Assembly: GCA_947647555.1 (NCBI GenBank)
Contig: CANSKT010000005.1
Location: forward strand, 1 to 48,134
Length of the DNA stretch: 48,134 nt
From: an uncultured Peptococcaceae bacterium
Lineage (GTDB): Bacteria; Bacillota; Dehalobacteriia; UBA4068; UBA4997
Direction of reading: 5' to 3'
Positions 44,710-48,134 of this stretch are shown one piece after another. The notes beneath the pieces are model-generated. The model worked only from the letters and a program-made list of their open reading frames with translations. It made no database searches and was not told where the DNA came from. How positions within the stretch are numbered: position 1 is the first letter of the stretch; each line of letters starts with the position of its first letter. The translations under genes and the position numbers were made by a program.

Positions 44710-47034
44710 ATGAAGAAAAAGGTTTCAGCTATTTTGTTGGTTTGGCTGGCGGCTTTTTGTCTGCTGCCGGGAATGGCCAGGGCAGAAATTAAGGAGTGTA
44801 ATGTGCCGGATATTAGTTGGTGGCTGTATAATCTGGCCGATGACCAGGGGCTGACTGATAAATCCTATGAGGATAAGGCCAAGGTAATGGTTTTCTTAAA
44901 CAGAACCTGCGCTAATTCTCAGGCCAGCATCAGAGCGCTGGCGGCCAGCAAATGGGCAACAGACGACAGGATTCAGATAATTGCGGTTTGCCTTAATGGT
45001 ACTGATGAGCAAATTCAGCAATTTAAGAACACATATGCTGCAAATTGCGGCAATATAGTTTTTGCCAAATCTAACAACAATCTTAATGTTTGGAATGATT
45101 ATATGAGCGCCTGCGGTATAAATGGAGGCGGCTATCCTTTTAATTTTGCAATTCTTAACGGTAAAATTCTTTATACCTGGGATACATGCAATAGCATAAG
45201 GGATTATGATACTGTTTTTAATAAGTTATTAAATGAAGAAGTTCCTGACGTTTATCAGTTTAAAATCAACGGCGTTGAAAATTATACAGAGGCTTATGCT
45301 GTTTTGGCAGAGTTAAATGCGCACCGTATGGCCAATGGGCGGCCGCCATTATATATGGACGAAAAATTGCTGGAGGCGGCCATGCAGCGCGCGGCGGAAA
45401 GCGCTGTTTATTATGGCGGCCCGGAGCATACCCGGCCGGACGGCAGTGTTGGTTTGACGATTATCCAGGGCAATGTGAATAAGGCCGAGAATATTGCGGT
45501 TGGGTATAGCAACGCTTCGGCGGTTATGGCCGGCTGGAAAAGTTCACCGGGACACAATGAAAATATGCTGAATAATATTATGACGGCGGCTGGTGTTGGC
45601 TGTTTTGAATATAATGGCGTTAAATACTGGGTGCAGTTGTTTTCCTCTGCTGACCCGAGTATGGCCTCAAAGCCTGCTGAAAATCCGACCGTGCTGCATG
45701 ATATTCTGGCGCTGCCGCAGTATCTGAAATTGCAGGCTGCGCCGGCGGCGCTAACTGTGCAGCCGGGCGAAACAGCAGTTTTAAAGCTGAATAATTCTAA
45801 TTTAAATTATAACAATAAAACCGGGGTTATTCAGGCTACTTATGCTAAGATAAGCAATGAGAATGTGGCGAGCGTTACCCTGGCCGGCGAGCAAGTTCAG
45901 GTTAAAGGTCTGGCGGACGGCGTGACTACGCTTAAACTGGGCGGCGTGGCTTCGCGTGCGGCCGGCGCGCCTTATACGATTGAAGTTAAGGTTACTGTGG
46001 GCGACGGTGTGGAAACGCCGGGTGGTGATACGGAAACACCGGGCGGCGATACGGAAACGCCGGGTGGCGATACGGAAACGCCGGGCGAGAAGTTTAAGTT
46101 GACACTTAATTCTGATAAGGGTAATATTGGCGGCACCGGTAAGGAGATTATGTCGGTTGACGTTGTGCAAGGCAAGGCGTATCGTTTGCCGACTGCCAGC
46201 AAGTCCGGTTTTACGCTGCAATATTGGAGCGACGGTAAGAATAATTATAAGGCGAACACGGATTATGTGGTGGCGCATGATACCGAGTTAATTGCTGTTT
46301 GGCAAAAATATACCGGCGGCAGTTCTGGCAGTCATCGGCCGGGCAATACTACTAAGCCGACCCAGCCGGAAAAACCAACAGAGCCGACGAAACCTACCGA
46401 ACCTAACAAGCCAACCGAGCCGAGTAAGCCGGGCAACAGCCTTAAGCTTTCAGCGGCGGAGTTGAATGCGGCCGTTGGGGAAGTTACGGCGAAATATGCC
46501 GATGTTAAGACAAACGACTGGTATGCTGAAGCGGTAGCTTTTGTGTATAAGCAGGGCATGATGAACGGTTTGGGCGATAACCGCTTTGCGCCGGGTGAAA
46601 AGACTACGCGCGCAATGTTGGTAACCATGCTGTATCGTTTGGAGAAAGACGCTGGCGGCAGTGCGGCAACAAAATTCTCCGACGTGCCGGCCGGACAGTG
46701 GTTTAGCGACGCGGTTAACTGGTCGGCCAGCGCCGGCGTGGTGAACGGCCTGGAAAATGGCAAATTTGCGCCTAATGATAATATTAGCCGTGAACAGCTG
46801 GCGGTAATGCTGTATCGTTATGCCCAGCTTAAAGGGTATGATGTTAGCGTTAAGGGTGATTTGAGCAAGTTTGATGATAATGGCAGCGTTGCGGCCTGGG
46901 CTAAGGAGCCTCTGCAGTGGGCTGTGGGCAGCGGTTTGATTAATGGCAAAGGCGAGGGTTCTCTGGAGCCGGGCAGTAATGCTACACGCGCCGAGGTTGC
47001 TACTATGTTGATGCGACTGCTTAATCAGGACTAA
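44710..47034 (+). CDS. S-layer-homology anchored surface protein: thioredoxin-like, CAP/SCP, Ig-like, B-repeat and 3 SLH domains
   Basis: Signal peptide; VMVF..TCANS and GYP; CAP motifs HTRPDG, ENIAVG, WKSSPGHNENML, YWVQLF; KSGFTLQYW repeat; SLH motifs TTRAML, ISREQL, ATRAEV. Confidence 0.88.
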   Translation: MKKKVSAILLVWLAAFCLLPGMARAEIKECNVPDISWWLYNLADDQGLTDKSYEDKAKVMVFLNRTCANSQASIRALAASKWATDDRIQIIAVCLNGTDEQIQQFKNTYAANCGNIVFAKSNNNLNVWNDYMSACGINGGGYPFNFAILNGKILYTWDTCNSIRDYDTVFNKLLNEEVPDVYQFKINGVENYTEAYAVLAELNAHRMANGRPPLYMDEKLLEAAMQRAAESAVYYGGPEHTRPDGSVGLTIIQGNVNKAENIAVGYSNASAVMAGWKSSPGHNENMLNNIMTAAGVGCFEYNGVKYWVQLFSSADPSMASKPAENPTVLHDILALPQYLKLQAAPAALTVQPGETAVLKLNNSNLNYNNKTGVIQATYAKISNENVASVTLAGEQVQVKGLADGVTTLKLGGVASRAAGAPYTIEVKVTVGDGVETPGGDTETPGGDTETPGGDTETPGEKFKLTLNSDKGNIGGTGKEIMSVDVVQGKAYRLPTASKSGFTLQYWSDGKNNYKANTDYVVAHDTELIAVWQKYTGGSSGSHRPGNTTKPTQPEKPTEPTKPTEPNKPTEPSKPGNSLKLSAAELNAAVGEVTAKYADVKTNDWYAEAVAFVYKQGMMNGLGDNRFAPGEKTTRAMLVTMLYRLEKDAGGSAATKFSDVPAGQWFSDAVNWSASAGVVNGLENGKFAPNDNISREQLAVMLYRYAQLKGYDVSVKGDLSKFDDNGSVAAWAKEPLQWAVGSGLINGKGEGSLEPGSNATRAEVATMLMRLLNQD
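46011..46087 (+). repeat. 21-bp coding tandem repeat (ETPGGDT, about 3.7 copies)
   Basis: GGAAACRCCGGGYGGYGATAC units at 46011, 46032 and 46053, partial at 46074; a PTEPTK-type linker follows at about 46351-46430. Confidence 0.92.
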
Positions 47035-47047
47035 AAATAGACAAACA

Positions 47048-47082
47048 ATTTCCGGCTGTGTTTTTATAATGCAGCCGGAAAT
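47048..47082 (+). terminator. Hairpin after the SLH gene
   Basis: ATTTCCGGCTG ... CAGCCGGAAAT. Confidence 0.7.
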
Positions 47083-47111
47083 GTATTATTAAGAACAAAT
47101 GGGGTTTTTAT

Positions 47112-47873
47112 ATGGGTAAGGAATTTAACTGGCGCGACGAGGTGCCGGAGGGCTGGGTGCCGCTGATTGAGGCTGATGAATGGCTGCGAGAGAGTTTTGA
47201 TGAGTTTTCTAATGAGTATGAGCCGGTGCCGGCGTTTTTAATTCAGGACTTGCGCGGCGGTAATATGGAGCGTCTGCGGCCAATCTGTGCGCTTTATGGG
47301 GAGCCAGGTTTGCAGCTGCTGGCCGGTTTGCAGGAGATTGATAAGGCCAGTCTGGATACGTCGCAGATTGAAACACCAAGTGGGACGGCTTATGCCGGCT
47401 ATTTCTTTGCGGCTTATCAGGGGGATACGCCGGAGAGCCAGCAGGCGGCGGCCACGGCGGCTTATGCTTACATTAAACAGGTTAATCGGATTTATCGGCA
47501 GGAATTTAACGAGCCGGAGCCGCTGGACGAGGACGCGCGGATTGAGATATCCACCGGGGCGGCTGGCCGGGCGCTGGCCGAGGAAATGCATCAGGCCTGG
47601 GTGCATAATCTGGATATACCGGAGGTGGAAATTGGTTATAGCCTGCGCGAGTGGTTTGCGGAATTGCCGCTGCTGCCGGAATGTAATGATTTAAGCTGTT
47701 TTCTGGACGAAGCGCTTTACCATATTAATAATGATTATTTGCTTTCTTATTATTTCCAGTGGCCGTTGACCGGGCGCAGCGACGATAATCCGTTTTTGCC
47801 GCATTTTCTGCTTTGGAAAATGGGTTTGGAAATTCATTTTCCGGCAAGAAACCGGGTTGTGGTTACGATATAG
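47112..47873 (+). CDS. Hypothetical acidic cytoplasmic protein (253 aa)
   Basis: Long ORF with host-like codon use, Glu/Asp-rich, C-terminal NPFLPHFLLWKMG; no family confidently recognised. Confidence 0.75.
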   Translation: MGKEFNWRDEVPEGWVPLIEADEWLRESFDEFSNEYEPVPAFLIQDLRGGNMERLRPICALYGEPGLQLLAGLQEIDKASLDTSQIETPSGTAYAGYFFAAYQGDTPESQQAAATAAYAYIKQVNRIYRQEFNEPEPLDEDARIEISTGAAGRALAEEMHQAWVHNLDIPEVEIGYSLREWFAELPLLPECNDLSCFLDEALYHINNDYLLSYYFQWPLTGRSDDNPFLPHFLLWKMGLEIHFPARNRVVVTI

Positions 47874-47947
47874 GGTCATTTTGGCTATTAAAATAGCGTG
47901 GTATAATAGATTTTATTTAGTGCATAATATAGGAAGAAACAGGTTCT

Positions 47948-48134
47948 TGAAAAAAAACTGGAAAAAAATATAAAAAAATTGAAAAAAGGTGTTGACAAAA
48001 GCAGCAAAAGGTGTTATTATATATAAGCACTCGCCAAACGGCACAGCACAAAAGCCTGAGCCGCCCGGTGAGATGAGAGAAACAGGTCTTTGAAAACTAA
48101 ATAGTGAGCAGCCAAGTTCAAGCAAGAGATAAGT
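47948..48134 (+). promoter_or_regulatory. Probable rRNA operon promoter and leader (UP element, P2-like promoter, boxA)
   Basis: A tracts 47950-47987; TTGACA (47992-47997) - 17 nt - TG-t-TATTAT (48015-48020); boxA-like TCTTTGAAAACT at 48087-48098. The rRNA gene itself is outside the window. Confidence 0.8.

Overview
A 48 kb chromosomal segment from an anaerobic Bacillota member (Clostridia-like, probably spore-forming; taxonomy inferred from gene content and an SLH protein). It runs from a minus-strand tRNA operon (Lys-Lys-Glu-Asp-Phe, cut by the left edge) to the promoter/boxA leader of a probable rRNA operon at the right edge. Most of it is housekeeping: purA, ndk, pckA, a BceAB-type ABC transporter, a transglycosylase, a ThrRS-N/uridine kinase fusion, an AGCS symporter, livKHMGF, fhs-fchA-ychF, rpmE-DUF1385-prfA-prmC-flavodoxin-sua5, mrpABCDEFG, lysE/lysR, a YmfI-like SDR, lgt, an M23 peptidase, dapL and an SLH surface protein. 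I see no transposase, integrase, phage gene or CRISPR array. The best lead is the gap at 7853-8581, which the ORF track leaves empty. It holds a 31-aa hydrophobic peptide gene with its own promoter, a convergent antisense promoter, 5'-3' long-range mRNA pairing and competing SD-sequestering helices, i.e. a candidate type I toxin-antitoxin system. Beside it are a decayed second copy and two tandem membrane-protein cassettes with near-identical 3' ends. Other leads: a candidate Na+/Li+ riboswitch before mrpA, a DnaA-box cluster, two ORF-less promoter-terminator units, a perfect 34-bp foldback replacing the LysR C-terminus, an amber codon with a coding-like extension just upstream of prfA, and a degenerate intergenic repeat array. 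All calls are by eye; no searches were run.
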